DNA of 64,000 nt from Eledone cirrhosa (GCA_964016885.1 OZ024748.1:56544001-56608000); one strand, 5' to 3'. Numbered from the stretch's first letter, positions 30,920 through 45,561 are shown. Numbers and translations are program-made. Notes: generated by a model not told the origin, from the sequence alone.

Positions 30920-33618
30920 TCGTTATTATTGTTGTTGTTGTTTCTAGTGGTATTTTAAGTAAAGCAGATATTGATATAATACTATTACTTCCATTTTCTT
31001 TCACGAAATCCTTTTCTCTTCCTTCACCTTCTCCTCTTTCTATTCAAATGTTGTTTCTTTCTTCTCCCTCCCGACCAAGCTGCCCCACCCCTTGGCTTGA
31101 TATTATTATTTTGTTCAAGATATTCATCCATGTGACGATGATGATGTTGATTATTCGGTGGGTTTCTTTTCACAAATATATTTAGTGATAGTGGTAATGT
31201 GTTTGTAATATTTTTTCTCCTCAAATATGTGTATCTTGTTCTTGCGGTCTTGTGATTGTTGTTGATGCTGTGCTCCATCCCATCGTTGGTTTCGTCGTTG
31301 CTGTTGATGTCGTTGGTGTAATCGCAGTTGTCCTATCGTCCATCTCGTTTTGTCGTTCTTGTGATCACAGTTCTCCTTGTTGTTTTAGTCGTTTTCGTCG
31401 CCTCCGTATCTGCTGGTGTTGTTGTTGGGTGTGTGTGTGTGTGTGTGGGGGGGGGGGTCGTTGTTTTAGTCGTTTTCATCGCCGCCATCTCTGTTGGTGT
31501 TGTTGTTGAGGTCGTTGTTGGTATTAGCATTGTTTGTTTTTTTTCGTCGTTGCTTGTTAATTCCGTTGTCGTTATTGTTATTGTTGTTGCTGTTTTCGTT
31601 TTAGTTGATGCTGCATGTTTCCTTGTTATACAATTTTCCTTCACACTTCACGTCTGTTCCTAAATGCCATATGTCCTGTTTATAGCTATTTTATTGTTGT
31701 TGGTCTTTCTTATTTTATTTTAACTATTTTATTTCATTCTATTTATTCATTTCATTTTACTTTATTTTTCAAAACAAATTTTCAAATGCTGTCATCGACA
31801 TTGTTGACTTTTATTCGTTTATTTTTCAAAAGTAAAACTTACAAAAATAAATAAAAAATAAATATATAAATAAATATATAAACAGTAAAATACCATAAAA
31901 TGAAAATAAGCTGCTAAAAACTAAACATAAAAATGAATGTTTTTTTATGTGAGGGCGATTTTTTAAAAATTTAAAGATTCTATTTAAATTTATTTTTGAT
32001 TTCATTATTAATATCATTATATTATTATTGTTATTTATATTATTATTGTTATTTTTATTTATATGTGTTCGATGATATGTTCTCTCTTTCAGTAAACAAT
32101 AACCAGACAACACACACAAAAACAACTTCCTTCTGTCATTGAGGGCTAATTCTTTTGAAGTTTTCTCACCACCAATGTGACGGCCATATTCATATTGGTG
32201 AGTAAATTTAAGTTTAACAACAATTTGCATTTTTTTTTTTTCACAAAATACATTGTTCATCACCAATATTCTTATTATGTTCTTCCTTTTCTTTTTCTTA
32301 TTATTATTTGCTAATACCACATTATATATTTATATTTTGTCACTTTATTTGCACGATTGCTTAACTTGTTTATTTATTTATGAAGCAAGTGTTATATGAG
32401 ATAGTTTTGTTAAATTTTAAAAGATGTTTTTGTTTTTCACGATTATGTTTTTAAAACTATTTTTTCAATCCCTATCTCCTTTGCTGTTAGCTATCACCAT
32501 TATTATTATTATTATGCTTGCTATTTATATTATCAATATTATTATTATCATTGTTGTTTTTCTTCCTATTAATAGTATTATTGTTATTTACGAGTAGTAG
32601 TAGTAGTATCATCATCATAACCTGCATCGTTGGTAGTGTCATTTTAATGCAATGGTTGTTTGTGTGTTTGTTTCTGCCGAAGTCTTTCTCGTCGTGATAG
32701 TGATGATGGTGGTGATGGAAGTGGCGATGAATATTTATTGTTCTTTAATTCCGCCATTTTGCACACTTTTCCTGCGGTATATTTTGTTGATTCTACTTTT
32801 TTGTTGGGTTCCTGTTTCTTTTCTTGTTATAGATGATGTTTATATTTTAATGTTTCTTTTATCTCATTTTAATTCGCACAATTTATATTGTAAATTTTAA
32901 AATTTTATTTTAACGACACATACATGCGTACACATATCACTACAACTATCAGCCATTTCCATAATCTCACAGCTACATATATGAGATTGTGCGAGTGTAA
33001 TTGTGTCTGTGAATGTCTCTGTGTGTGTCTGTGCATATTTGTACACATAAATATGCAGACACATGTACGAGTGTTTTGGGGGTGAATTGTTATGTATTTT
33101 ATTAGTTTTGTTCATCTTTCTTTTCACACCAGGAAATCTTCCAATCAACTCCATCAAATGGCGTAGAAGAGATAGATTCTGTAGGGGGTTAGCATCAATG
33201 CATGTGGCATATATAGGGTGGGGGTGGTAAGAGTGGAACGATATATATAACAATAATGGCGATGGCAGGGAGATGTTGATATAATCTGAGCAAATGCACT
33301 TCAAACATACTTAAATTACAATTAAACTTCGAACCATCAGTACAACAAGTTAATAAGGACTTGAGGAATAGTTGAAACACATTCATCTAATTGCTACTTT
33401 AATTTGTCCCCATAGCAATGTATAAATATATATTTAATCCTTTTTTTCTTCTTATTAATCTTTGTGCCTTCTTCTCACTCTTTGATTCTATTTATCTTCT
33501 ATTTCTAACTATCTCCCGATGAAAGAGTAGTGCCCGACTCTTATCCTGCTATTTCAAGCGTTAAACTGATATATTTCTTCAATCTGCTGTGTCGTGTGCT
33601 TTATTATTTATGGTTACC

Positions 33619-33660
<42 letters not shown>

Positions 33661-33674
33661 ACACACACATGTGA

Positions 33675-33753
<79 letters not shown>

Positions 33754-33758
33754 TATGT

Positions 33759-33972
33759 GAAGGCGCGTGCCTAAGTGGTTAGAGAACCGAATTCGCAATC
33801 GTGAGGTTGTCAGTTCGATCCTGGACTGGGTGATGCGTTATGTCCTTGAGCAAGGCACTTTATTTCACCTTGCTCCTTCTACCTGGAGTTGCGACCGATA
33901 GATAGTATTAGCAACTGGAAAGACCAACGGAAACATTGTTTCCTCGGTCCGATTTGACGAAAGTCTATCGAT
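33759..33972 (+). mobile_element. SINE S2 copy
   Basis: gaaggcgcgtgcctaagtggttagag...gttcgatcc...tgtccttgagcaaggcactttatttcac. Confidence 0.85.
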
Positions 33973-34215
33973 TAAAAAAATATATATATATGAGTATGTA
34001 CACATGTGCGAGTGCAATAGTTTGACTATATGTGCGTATGTATATTTTCGTATTTATGTTTATAGATTTGGAGACAAACATATGTACTTGTACACCATTT
34101 GGATCACACATCTTACTAGAAATAACTGTAAAATCTCTCAAGCTATAGTCTAAATGTGCCTTTGTAAATTATGTATCCTATTTTCAGACTGTGTTCATAT
34201 ATAGCGACTTCAAAT

Positions 34216-34248
<33 letters not shown>

Positions 34249-34249
<1 letters not shown>

Positions 34250-34355
34250 GTACTAATAATAAATTTGAAGACTAAAATCCAAAAAGGGCTCGATAAGGAT
34301 AAATATATATCAAATATATAAGAACCGTAGAGCAAATATTTATTTTAATAAATAT
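34249..34355 (-). mobile_element. Family A tail with collapsed mini-hairpin, in (TA)n
   Basis: Matches 4601-4697, then atatttattttaataaatat. Confidence 0.75.
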
Positions 34356-34387
34356 ATATATATATAGTTATTCAGTTCCTGACATTG

Positions 34388-34503
<116 letters not shown>

Positions 34504-37179
34504 AGAGAGAGAGAGAGGACCGAGATTGTGTGACAGTATTATATAACTTGTGGGATGGATTGCTGGATTAAGGTCAGAAAATATTCTATGTTAAAATTGG
34601 AAATAAATTTTTTAAAATACGAATTCATTACATACTGCATACGGAGGAATGACTACTGTGATAATTTAACATCAAATACGCGGAGTTTCAAGTAATGGTT
34701 CAGTCCATTAATAGGAAAATAGAAAATAGGAAAAATGTATCTCCATCGTTAATGTTTATGCATTGATCAAAGTTAGGCTTGCATTTTATTAGGTACACCT
34801 GTATTTGAATGAATATACGCTGACAAATACCTTGGTGCATTGGACGTTAACGTGTTTGTATCAAATATGGATAATAGACTTCTGAGCTCTAATTCGGGGT
34901 CGTTCAACTTTGCTATTTAATTTTTTCAGATAAAGAAGGCAAAATTCTCTAGTGTGTGTGACAGGATAATACGTACCATGTACACTCTGTAAAAGGGTTG
35001 AATATAGAACGTGTATCCGACAGAAGAGAAAATGTCAAACATAGGTTAAATGGAACACTTCAGTTGTGTCAAAGGCATAATGAACTATTTTCTCTTGGTG
35101 TCACTATAAAACCCATGGTACACAGAGTAAAGTACGGAAATATATAGAAACTAGATCCGTCTCCCAATCTATCGAATTCATCAGAGGCATAGATACTATA
35201 CTACTTTCGTCTGTGTCGACCCACCATACAATTACTAGATAGGAAAACTGATTTTTAAAAGATATTGACAATGATAACGAAATCTCAGAACTATGGTTCT
35301 TTTTTTTATTTTAAATTGAATTTAGTGATAAGAATGAGTCAATATTTATTTGTTTAATCTTACAAGTAAATACAGAGAAATTAAACTGGACATCATAAAA
35401 AATACCTTTTAAGTGTGTTTATCGAAACGATTAGTGCTAAGAAAGACGAAGTAACAATATGATTAAATCTACTTAATATCAGAGATTGAACAACAAGGAA
35501 AAAAAAACGCAATATTAGCTGAACTAATTGTAAGAGAAAATGTTGTGTTGAATACGACTTCAAGTAAATTGTAAGTATTCAGAAAAGTTTGTTAAGGTCT
35601 CTTTGTTCGGTTGAGGTTTCATTAAGACTGCCAACTTTTGTTAACTAACATTAAGACATTTCGTGTTGTTTTCTCTGGGAAACCATTAACTCTAGCGAGG
35701 CTTTTATCATTTGCATTTCAATGACTAAGTGTAGATACATTCATATATATCGTTGCAATCTATCGAGTTTGCTATCTATCTTTCGATCTATCTCACTAGC
35801 GCGTCTGTAAGTATATGTGTGTGTGTGTGATTTCGGATGCGTTTGTGTGAGTATATTGTATGTTTAAGTGTAGAGAATGTCCACACACACACACATTATA
35901 TATATATATATAATATGAATGTGTGTATAAGAAATTAAGATGACAGAAAGTTCTTACATAGTTTAATTATATATATGTAAGCACACATGCACACACACAC
36001 ATCTCTATATACACTATATTATAGAATACTATACGATATTACACTCCATCACACCACACTTCACGATACTAACGCACTTATGCACTTTGTACAACAAAAC
36101 CGATTCAACAGTCAATTTACCAGATTCTGCAACTTGACAATACCAAAAACAATAAGTCTGTCTGTCCGTGATTAGACCACAAACAATAAATGTTTCTGCC
36201 CGAATTAGACAGTTGCAAAACGTATTTGCAAACAAGATTTAAAGATAAAAGTCGAAGAACTTATTCGCCTATATTTATTATTATTGTTATTATCATTATT
36301 ATTATTTGTAATCTTTTTACTGATTTTTTTTTCCTTTTTTTTTTCTTTTTTTTCTTGTAATGTTAAGCACTAAAGTGTTGTAGGACAGACTAACTAGAAA
36401 AAGCTTATGGCTGTGTAAGTAATAAATAATGACATGCTACACAAGTTAATCGAACATTCGTGAACATAAACAAGTTCTTGTCTTTATTTATATATTCATT
36501 ATATAGGTTTGGCTTTTTATTTCATTTAAAATTTTCTATTTTATTTTTTTCTTTGTTTCGTTTCGATAGTGGCTGGATCTTGGGAATCAAATATCATTTG
36601 AGTTGAGAACCGTTACACCAAAGTGTTGACAGAAAATTGGCAGCAGCTAGAATGCATTTTAAAACCTCCTTTATTTGTTGATTCTTGTATTCTTGCTTCT
36701 TTTTATCAGTCAAAATTTTCATGATTTTCACATCTGTTCTTGAAAATTAATGTGAGAAAATAACTTGATGGAAGGTAAATGGGGAAAAAACACCACGAAT
36801 ACAAGACAAGATTTTTCTTTAGCGAAATGTGAAAGAAAATGATGACATTTACATTAACCAACAAGCAAAACCTTCTATATGGTCACACGACATGTTAGAC
36901 ATAGCAGATAAATATCTCTCATATAACAACTTATCTTAAATTTAAAAAAAAGATACATTGGGTTATGTAGAAATATGAACAATATGTCTGAATAACAAAG
37001 AATAATCCATCTGGTGACCTCCTGATTGATAAACTAATGTCTTCACAATCATGGCTACATATGTCGTTGACTAAGACACTTATCAATGTATTTGTACAGA
37101 CTATGTAGGTGTAGAGGTAATATTGAATTGCTGGAAATTGATCATCATATGTGTGTTTTATGTTGATAATGCAGTGGGT

Positions 37180-37330
37180 GTGAAGGTGTGTAGCTTAGTT
37201 GTTCAGAGTGTTTGGTTCAAGATAAAATGCCGTGTGTTCGTTTCCCGAGGGAGACGTCGGGGATTGTGTCCTTCAGCATGATACTTACTGGAGCAACTTA
37301 CTGTTGCTCCAGCCCATTAAGTTCTAAGGT
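37180..37330 (+). mobile_element. Old degenerate S2-like SINE
   Basis: gaaggtgtgtagcttagttgttcagag...gttcgtttcc...tgtgtccttcagcatgatactt. Confidence 0.5.
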
Positions 37331-37706
37331 TCAATGTTCCTCTGCTAATATTACGTCATGCTGAATCATTCTGAGAACTACATTAAGAACACATCTGTCT
37401 GTTGAATACTCAGCCAATTACACATAAATCTCTCATGTCTGGTGTAGCAGCCTTTTCAATTCGAATGGAGTTGTAGTAGCATCATTGTATTTTATGGCGT
37501 ATTTCAGCGGTTAAACAGGGAGAAAAATTCCCTATCCAGGTATGATCACATCAGACGATTTTCAAAGAAAGTTGATAGAGAGTTTGGGCAAGAGTGTGAG
37601 AAGGAAAGAGAGAACCAAACAAACAGACAGAACCAAAGAATTAGGAAAATAGTTAGAAGGAGAACCGACTTCAGCATTTAAGGGGAAGTTTAATTATCAA
37701 ATTGAA

Positions 37707-37796
37707 AATAACTGTTTCTACTTTTGGCACAAGGCCAGCAATTACCCAGTACATTACTGGTACTTTATTTTATCGACCCCGTAACGATGAAAGGCA
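37707..37796 (-). mobile_element. SINE S1 3' fragment
   Basis: Match to the S1 tail and central block. Confidence 0.85.
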
Positions 37797-37861
37797 TGTA
37801 TATATATATATATATATACACATATATATATACATATATATATACACACATATATATACAT

Positions 37862-37937
<76 letters not shown>

Positions 37938-37946
37938 TATACACAC

Positions 37947-37989
<43 letters not shown>

Positions 37990-38480
37990 TATATACACAT
38001 ATATATACATATATATATATACACATATATATATATATACACATATATGTACATATATATATATATATACATGTATATATACACATATATATATATACAT
38101 ATATATACACATATATATATATACACATATATATATATACATATATATATACATATATATATACACACACATATATATACATATATATATACACACACAT
38201 ATATATACATATATATATACACATATATATACATATATATATACACATATATATACATATATATATACACATATATATACACATATATATACATATATAT
38301 ATACACATATATATACATATATATATATATACACATATATATACATATATATATATATACACATTTATATATACATATATATACATATATATATATATAC
38401 ACATTTATATATACATATATATACATATATATATATATACACATTTATATATACATATATATACATATATATATATACAC

Positions 38481-38513
<33 letters not shown>

Positions 38514-38516
38514 CAT

Positions 38517-38550
<34 letters not shown>

Positions 38551-38756
38551 ATACACATATATATACATATATATACACATATATATACATATATATACAT
38601 ATATATATATATACACATATATACACATATATATACACATATATACACATATATACACATATATATATACATATATATATATACATATATATATATATAC
38701 ATATATATATATACATATATATATATATACATATATATATATACACATATATACAC

Positions 38757-38815
<59 letters not shown>

Positions 38816-38834
38816 TATACATGTATATATACAC

Positions 38835-38865
<31 letters not shown>

Positions 38866-39082
38866 CACATATATATACATATATATATATACACATTTAT
38901 ATACATATATATATATACACATTTATATACATATACACATATATATACATATATATATATATAAACATATATATACATATATATATATACATATATATAT
39001 ATACATATATACACATATATATATATATACATATATATACATATATATATATACACATATATATATATACATATATACACAT
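37797..39082. repeat. ~1.3-kb (TA)n(CA)1-2 microsatellite array
   Basis: Directly visible. Confidence 0.97.
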
Positions 39083-39204
39083 AGTTGGTAAATTTGGAGC
39101 ACATTGGAAAAAAAATCATCAAAATCGGTAGAGGAATGTGGAAATGCATAAAAATCATACACACACACAGACAGACATCTTCCGTTTTATATATCTAGAG
39201 ATAT

Positions 39205-39460
39205 AAGGCGCATGGCTTAGTGGTTAAAGCATTGGGCTTGCAATGGAAAGGTTGTGAGTTCAATTCTCGGAGCGCGTAATATGTTGTTTCCTTGAGCAAG
39301 ACACTTTATTTAACGTTGCTTCAGTCTACTCACCTGTAGAAATGAGTACCGGCCTGCCCGCCCAGCCAGTGGGATGGCGTTATCTTACGGTTAAAACAGC
39401 ACGACGTGCTTTGACCAGCGGCGCCGACTGGCGCCCGACAGTCTGGTCGGTCAAGGTGAT
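39205..39460 (+). mobile_element. tRNA/CORE-like SINE with an S2-like head and a different, GC-rich 3' part
   Basis: aaggcgcatggcttagtggttaaagc...gagttcaatt...ccttgagcaagacactttattt, then diverges from the other S2 copies. Confidence 0.75.
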
Positions 39461-39601
39461 ATATATATATATGTTGTACGTATGTGTCTGTATATATCTA
39501 TATTCATATATTTGCGTGTGTTTGTTTGAGAGTGAATTGTGTGTGTGGGGAGACGTCGTTGTGTATGTAGAGGCATGTTTATATACATATACAAACATAG
39601 A

Positions 39602-39663
<62 letters not shown>

Positions 39664-40007
39664 AATGCAGCAGCAAGATATTAAATAAATCTTAGATATC
39701 ACAAATGATACACGCATGAATTAATTATAGATATTAAGTCGAGTGAAAGTTTTATATTTTTTATGTGCTTAATCTATGTTTGTTTGTATATGTCTTTCTG
39801 CACACTACAATTATTTATTGTATACTATGTAAAATAGTTAGTTTGCTTTATTTGTTTTAATATCTATTTTATGGTTTTCTTTTTCGCATAGCTAATGTTA
39901 TATATGTAAGCACCTATGTATGAACACATAAATAAATAAGATCATTATACCCACAAACAGACACACACAAACATGCACACATATATATATACATACATCT
40001 ACACACA

Positions 40008-40047
<40 letters not shown>

Positions 40048-40584
40048 CATGCATCTATATATACATACATCTATATACATACAAATATATATATATGTAC
40101 GTACATACGTATACATGTGCATGCATGTTTGTACGTGTATGCGAGCATGTATGTGTCTAGTTGTATGTATGTATTACCTAATTCATTTATGGCTGAACTC
40201 CTGGGGATTATGTAGTGGTCCACTCAAAATATTCGACGGGTCTTGAAGATTTAAAACCTGATTTTCGCAAGGTAAGTTCCCATTAAAGTGTGGAGACAGT
40301 CATTGTCCTCTACTGATTATAAAGTATTGAGGTTGACCGAAAAATGTTTGTGATAAAATGTCGGTACCAGGTAAATCTGATATGGTATTTCTCCTCGATT
40401 AGCAGAAAAGTAATAGCGACTGACAATATCCTTTCAACAAGACGACGCACAATTCATCATCGTTTCCTTAGTCCGAACTGAATGTCAGGCTTTTTCCATT
40501 TGTTGACAAGGAAAATTTGCATAACTTGATAAGGTAACATTAATATCATTATTGACCTTACTAAATATGTTCGTACAGTGTTCA

Positions 40585-40810
40585 GACCCTCTACTGATAC
40601 TGCCAATCCACCACCAAGGGCGGTGGATTGGCAGTATCAGTAGAGGGTCGGACGCCATGCTTTGACGCATAGAGTTACGGCCCTTGCCATTCTGAGTTCA
40701 AATCCCGCCGAGGTTAACTTTGCCTTTCATCCTTACGGGGTTGATAAAATAAAGTGCCAGTAATACACTGGGTAATTGCTGGCCTTGTGCCAAAAGTAGA
40801 AACAATTATT
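40585..40810 (+). mobile_element. Full SINE S1 with inverted duplication of its 5' end and 19-bp TSD
   Basis: 40585-40615 is an inverted match to 40619-40649; TSD attattgaccttactaaat at 40548-40566 and 40805-40823. Confidence 0.9.
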
Positions 40811-41442
40811 GACCTTACTAAATCATGTTAGGTAATTTCACAAATCTCTTAGATTTGTCGAGTTAGGTCATTTGGGAATTTATTAAAATTTGCTTCTATG
40901 GCCCTTTCAACAGGACCATTTCCAAGATTACTTCTCTCTGATTTAAACCCATACCTCCAGGAATGAGAAATTTGAGAGTATAATAAACAGTGAAATGGTA
41001 AGAAAGGGATTCTTGTTTTTTGGTCATTTGATCTTAAAAAAGTTCTCGTGATGGTGTTCATATTTTTGAATATAAGTATATAATTGTATGCGTGTGTGAG
41101 CACACACACACCATATATATCAGCCATTAATATCCAAAAGGAAAGTATATACTTTGAGACGTTCAACAATCTGACAGAAAGGTATACGATGCTGACGATA
41201 GATAATAAGCTTGAAACTAGTACATTATTCCTGTGTCAGTGTTGAACAAAGAGGCGACGATGGTTGCCTGAACACTGTACGGCGTAATTCGGGCTGTTTG
41301 TTTGCAAACAAACCGAACATTATAATAAATATTCAGTAAACCCATACGTACATATATATATGTGTGCATGTATGTATATATATACATACTACTGTACGTC
41401 TGTATACATATATGTATGTACGTGTACATACATACTTACACT

Positions 41443-41498
41443 TAAGTATCAGCCGTACTAAGAGTGAGAAATGAAATTTCGTTTCATTCTTTTCCATA
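41443..41498. mobile_element. Short family F element (second copy at 53240-53295)
   Basis: aagta.cagccgtactaagagtg.gaaatgaaatttcgtttcatt occurs twice, both next to (TA)n, with a small terminal hairpin. Confidence 0.6.
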
Positions 41499-41517
41499 TA
41501 TATATATATATATGTAT

Positions 41518-41712
41518 ATAACGAAGGAAGTGTGGTCAGGAATCAGATGGACCATAACGCACCAGAGTACTCAATACTTAGGGTAGTAGAGTGAGTAATA
41601 GGAAAATGTTTAACCCCGACGGCAGAGCTCAAGCTGTTTCGACGGCTATTTCTGGACTCAGAAATAGCCGTCGAAACGGCTTGAACTCTGCCGTCGGGGT
41701 TAAACATTTTCC

Positions 41713-41714
<2 letters not shown>
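41518..41714 (-). mobile_element. Family C asymmetric fold-back (~55-bp arms plus ~80-nt tail) in (TA)n
   Basis: 41598-41654 is an inverted match to 41659-41715; copies at 7256 and 42161. Confidence 0.85.
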
Positions 41715-41735
<21 letters not shown>

Positions 41736-41743
<8 letters not shown>

Positions 41744-41900
41744 ATATTTGGGGAGGGTCATATTTGCGTAATATTGCCAGAATTAATAACAGAACACACT
41801 CACTGTTATTAATTCTGGCAATATTACGCAAATATGACCCTCCCCAAATATAACAATATCTGTTTCGACACACGATTTCATATAAAAAACCTCGCAAAAC
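41736..41900 (+). mobile_element. Family E asymmetric fold-back (perfect ~55-bp arms plus ~40-nt tail) in (TA)n
   Basis: 41736-41792 is the reverse complement of 41803-41859; single-arm copy at 43571-43666. Confidence 0.85.
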
Positions 41901-41919
41901 TATATATATATACATATAC

Positions 41920-42264
<345 letters not shown>

Positions 42265-42280
42265 TATATATATATATATA

Positions 42281-42490
42281 CCGATGGCGGCTGACCGGGC
42301 TAGAATCTGCTAAATCGTCGGCCGCCCTCATGTCTCCGATGTTCAGCCCCATGGATTTTGTCTATTATATTCCTTTGTTATATGTCGAATACCTGATGAT
42401 GTCACCAGATGATACTGAACCCGGTCATTGAAATGATCATAGTATAATAAGCCTTTTAAGGAATTACACCAGTCCAGCCTCCTGTTATTT

Positions 42491-42495
<5 letters not shown>
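42281..42495 (+). mobile_element. PLE pseudo-LTR-like fragment with type I HHR at 42389-42445
   Basis: ATAC CTGATGA [30 nt, imperfect stem II] GAAAT GATC ATA GTAT; stem I ATAC/GTAT; palindromic ATGATCAT; (TA)n on both sides. Confidence 0.75.
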
Positions 42496-42578
<83 letters not shown>

Positions 42579-42580
<2 letters not shown>

Positions 42581-43133
42581 GTTTGTGGACGCCACCCCTG
42601 GAGGGAAATTAGCTAACCAGTGTAGAAAGGCCCTGAGAAAGACCCACTTAAAAATAAAGGTGGTAGAAAAGCCAGGAACCACCATAAAATCCCTGATCAG
42701 CAAAACCTACCCTTTTAAGAAAACCCACTGTACCAATAGGAAATGTATCATATGTAAGGTGAACCCCCGGATAAACTGTAAAACTAGAAACGTAGTCTAT
42801 AGCATAAGATGTACAGAGGGTACTTGCAGAAACACGACAACAACATACATAGGTGAGACAGCTCGTAGCATAGGTGAAAGGATAGACCAACACTGGGGGG
42901 AACTAAAAGGACAAAAAAACGGGTCAGTACTATACGAACATGCTAGACAACAACATGACGGTAACATAGACAACATAGAAATTAGAATAATATCTAAACA
43001 TAGGAATGACCCAGCAGATAGGCAAATCAGAGAGGCCAGTGAAATAGAAATTAGAAGACCAAAGCTAAACAGAAAGAATGAGTGGAACAACAACAACACC
43101 CAAACAAACAACACTGACCTAAGAGAAGTATAA
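42579..43133 (+). CDS. Penelope-like retroelement ORF 3' end: RT C-terminus, Cys-rich linker, GIY-YIG endonuclease (5'-truncated; the ATG is formed at the (TA)n junction)
   Basis: NVVYSIRC...TYIGETARSIGERIDQH...LYEH...H...RQIREASEI...PKLN, with the PLE-type Cys/His pattern; upstream CxxxxCxxC...C. Confidence 0.88.
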
Positions 43134-43560
43134 ATAAATAAGTAAATTAAATAAAATAAATAAAATAAGATAAATAAATACATACACAAGCACATAAACA
43201 CACACTAGTCACCCAGCAGACACAACACTATACACACTAGTCACACATCACACATAACACTATACACACACGCAAACGCATGCGCAAAGAAGACAAAATA
43301 AAATAAGATAAACAAACAAGCAAATAAATAAATATATAGACAGACTGAACAAAAAAAAAAAAAAAAATGGCGTAGACATACAACACAACAGGAGGAACAA
43401 TGAATATAACACCACTGACGATGTTGCAGATGTGCAACGAAAGATTTATGTAAATTATGTAAACTATATATATATGTGTTTGTCTATATTGTATCTGTAT
43501 TATTTTTGACCGCCGGTCAGTCAATGGCAACATTGAGGACCGAGTAAGTTAGATCGCAGA
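43134..43560 (+). mobile_element. 3' UTR/pseudo-LTR of the PLE, with HHR motif at 43412-43451
   Basis: CCA CTGACGA T GTTGCA-gatg-TGCAAC GAAAG AT TTA TG; perfect 6-bp stem II; ends at (TA)n. Confidence 0.75.
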
Positions 43561-43570
43561 TATATATATA

Positions 43571-43665
43571 TAAAAGACAGCGAGAAGCGAAAACCAACCA
43601 AACAGTGAGTGTGTTCTGTTATTAATTCTGGCAATATTACGCAAATATGACCCTCCCCAAATATA

Positions 43666-43666
<1 letters not shown>
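43571..43666 (+). mobile_element. Family E single-arm copy
   Basis: Identical to the reverse complement of 41741-41806 and extends further upstream. Confidence 0.8.
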
Positions 43667-43697
<31 letters not shown>

Positions 43698-43716
43698 TAA
43701 TATATATATATATATA

Positions 43717-43789
<73 letters not shown>

Positions 43790-43848
43790 TCATAATAGAT
43801 TGTTAAATGGATCCAAATCCCTAGGGTGAGTTTATATAGAATTATGAA

Positions 43849-43980
43849 GGACAGCTACTACAATGGCACCATAGAAGGTGCGTACGTTTCGTCGGCACAG
43901 TTAGAATGAGTTGGTCTTCATGTCTAACGAAACTTGCGTACCTGGTATGTCACCGTTGTAGTAACTGGTCATAATAATTC
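43849..43980. mobile_element. Old degenerate fold-back (~60-bp arms)
   Basis: gaattat...tactacaatgg...aggtgcgtacgtttcgt versus acgaaacttgcgtacct...ccgttgtagta...ataattc. Confidence 0.6.
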
Positions 43981-44429
43981 CATACATGCATACATATATA
44001 TATATGTATGAATATTTGTTGGAACAAACGCAGGAATTACATATATACATGCATTCATACTCATATTTCAATTGGCTGGCGGGGAAAAAATAAGCAGTAA
44101 AAAGGAAATTTATCTGATATTTCCCAATGAATGCCGTGCTGTCTTATCTGCGAGAAGGAAAGACAACGATCAGCGAATGACTCATATTGTTGAGAGTCAC
44201 ACGAAATTTATGCATGAAGACGAAACGTCGTGTACTTTGTCATTCGTTCATCGGGAAATAAGTATAAATATCTTTAGTTAATTATTATACCTGGAGCCTA
44301 GGGTTGTAATTAAGACGCCCTCGATATGATTCATAAACATTGCAATCGTTCTTAACGGTTGTTGTGCGTGTGTATGTCATCGTTTTCATATCTGCACAAA
44401 TCATTATTGAAGTAATCAGTGGAATATAG

Positions 44430-44469
<40 letters not shown>

Positions 44470-44686
44470 ATATGTGCGTGTGTGTATATGTAGGCATGTA
44501 TATATATGTATACATATTTGTAGACATGTATATATATATTGGCATGTATATATATATATATATACACACACGTATAAACAGTTATATATAAACATTCTAA
44601 CAGATGCATCCTTGCATCATCCTAGCAATAGCTGCATGGACAAATATATAAATATATATATATGTGTGTGCAAGTAGGGGTTGCTG

Positions 44687-44738
<52 letters not shown>

Positions 44739-45039
44739 TACATAGTTGCATATTCTAAACGTTTAGTTGAGTGTCTACATAACATAATTTGATTGTGTGA
44801 GTTAACATGGATTCCGTTGATGCAAATACTGACCACATCTTATTCAATATATATCTATAGCGATCTCTAATCTTTCTCTTATTTATCTTTGTATCTTTCA
44901 CTAGTATACTGTGGGTCGATATAACGTTTTCCTATACGCCATGTTTCAAGGTATTCTTAGCCAGAAGATTTACATTTCATTCCTAACGATGCACACATAC
45001 ATATTAATTCACTCATTTATTAGTTTCCATGTATTTATA

Positions 45040-45068
45040 TGTATGTATATATATATATATAGACATAC

Positions 45069-45100
<32 letters not shown>

Positions 45101-45114
45101 ATATATAGACATAC

Positions 45115-45170
<56 letters not shown>

Positions 45171-45438
45171 ATATATAGACATGCATATATATATATATAC
45201 ATATACATATATATATATATAGACATACATATATATATATATACATATATATAGGCATACATATATATATATATATATAGACATACATATATATATATAT
45301 ATATATAGACATACATATATAGACATACATATATATAGACATACATATATATAGACATACATATATATAGACATACATATATATAGACATACATATATAT
45401 ATATATATATAGACATACATATATATATATAGACATAC

Positions 45439-45469
<31 letters not shown>

Positions 45470-45530
45470 GACATACACATATATATGTATAGACACATAT
45501 ATATATATATATAGACATGTATATGTATAG

Positions 45531-45561
<31 letters not shown>

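Noticed and set aside
33513-33545. CCGATGA followed by an AAGAGT/ACTCTT stem (possible HHR)
   Set aside because: No GAAA or stem III follows; at best a deleted relic.
41625-41690. GAAAC-containing centre of the family C hairpin as an HHR
   Set aside because: No CTGANGA half and no canonical NUH after stem III are visible.
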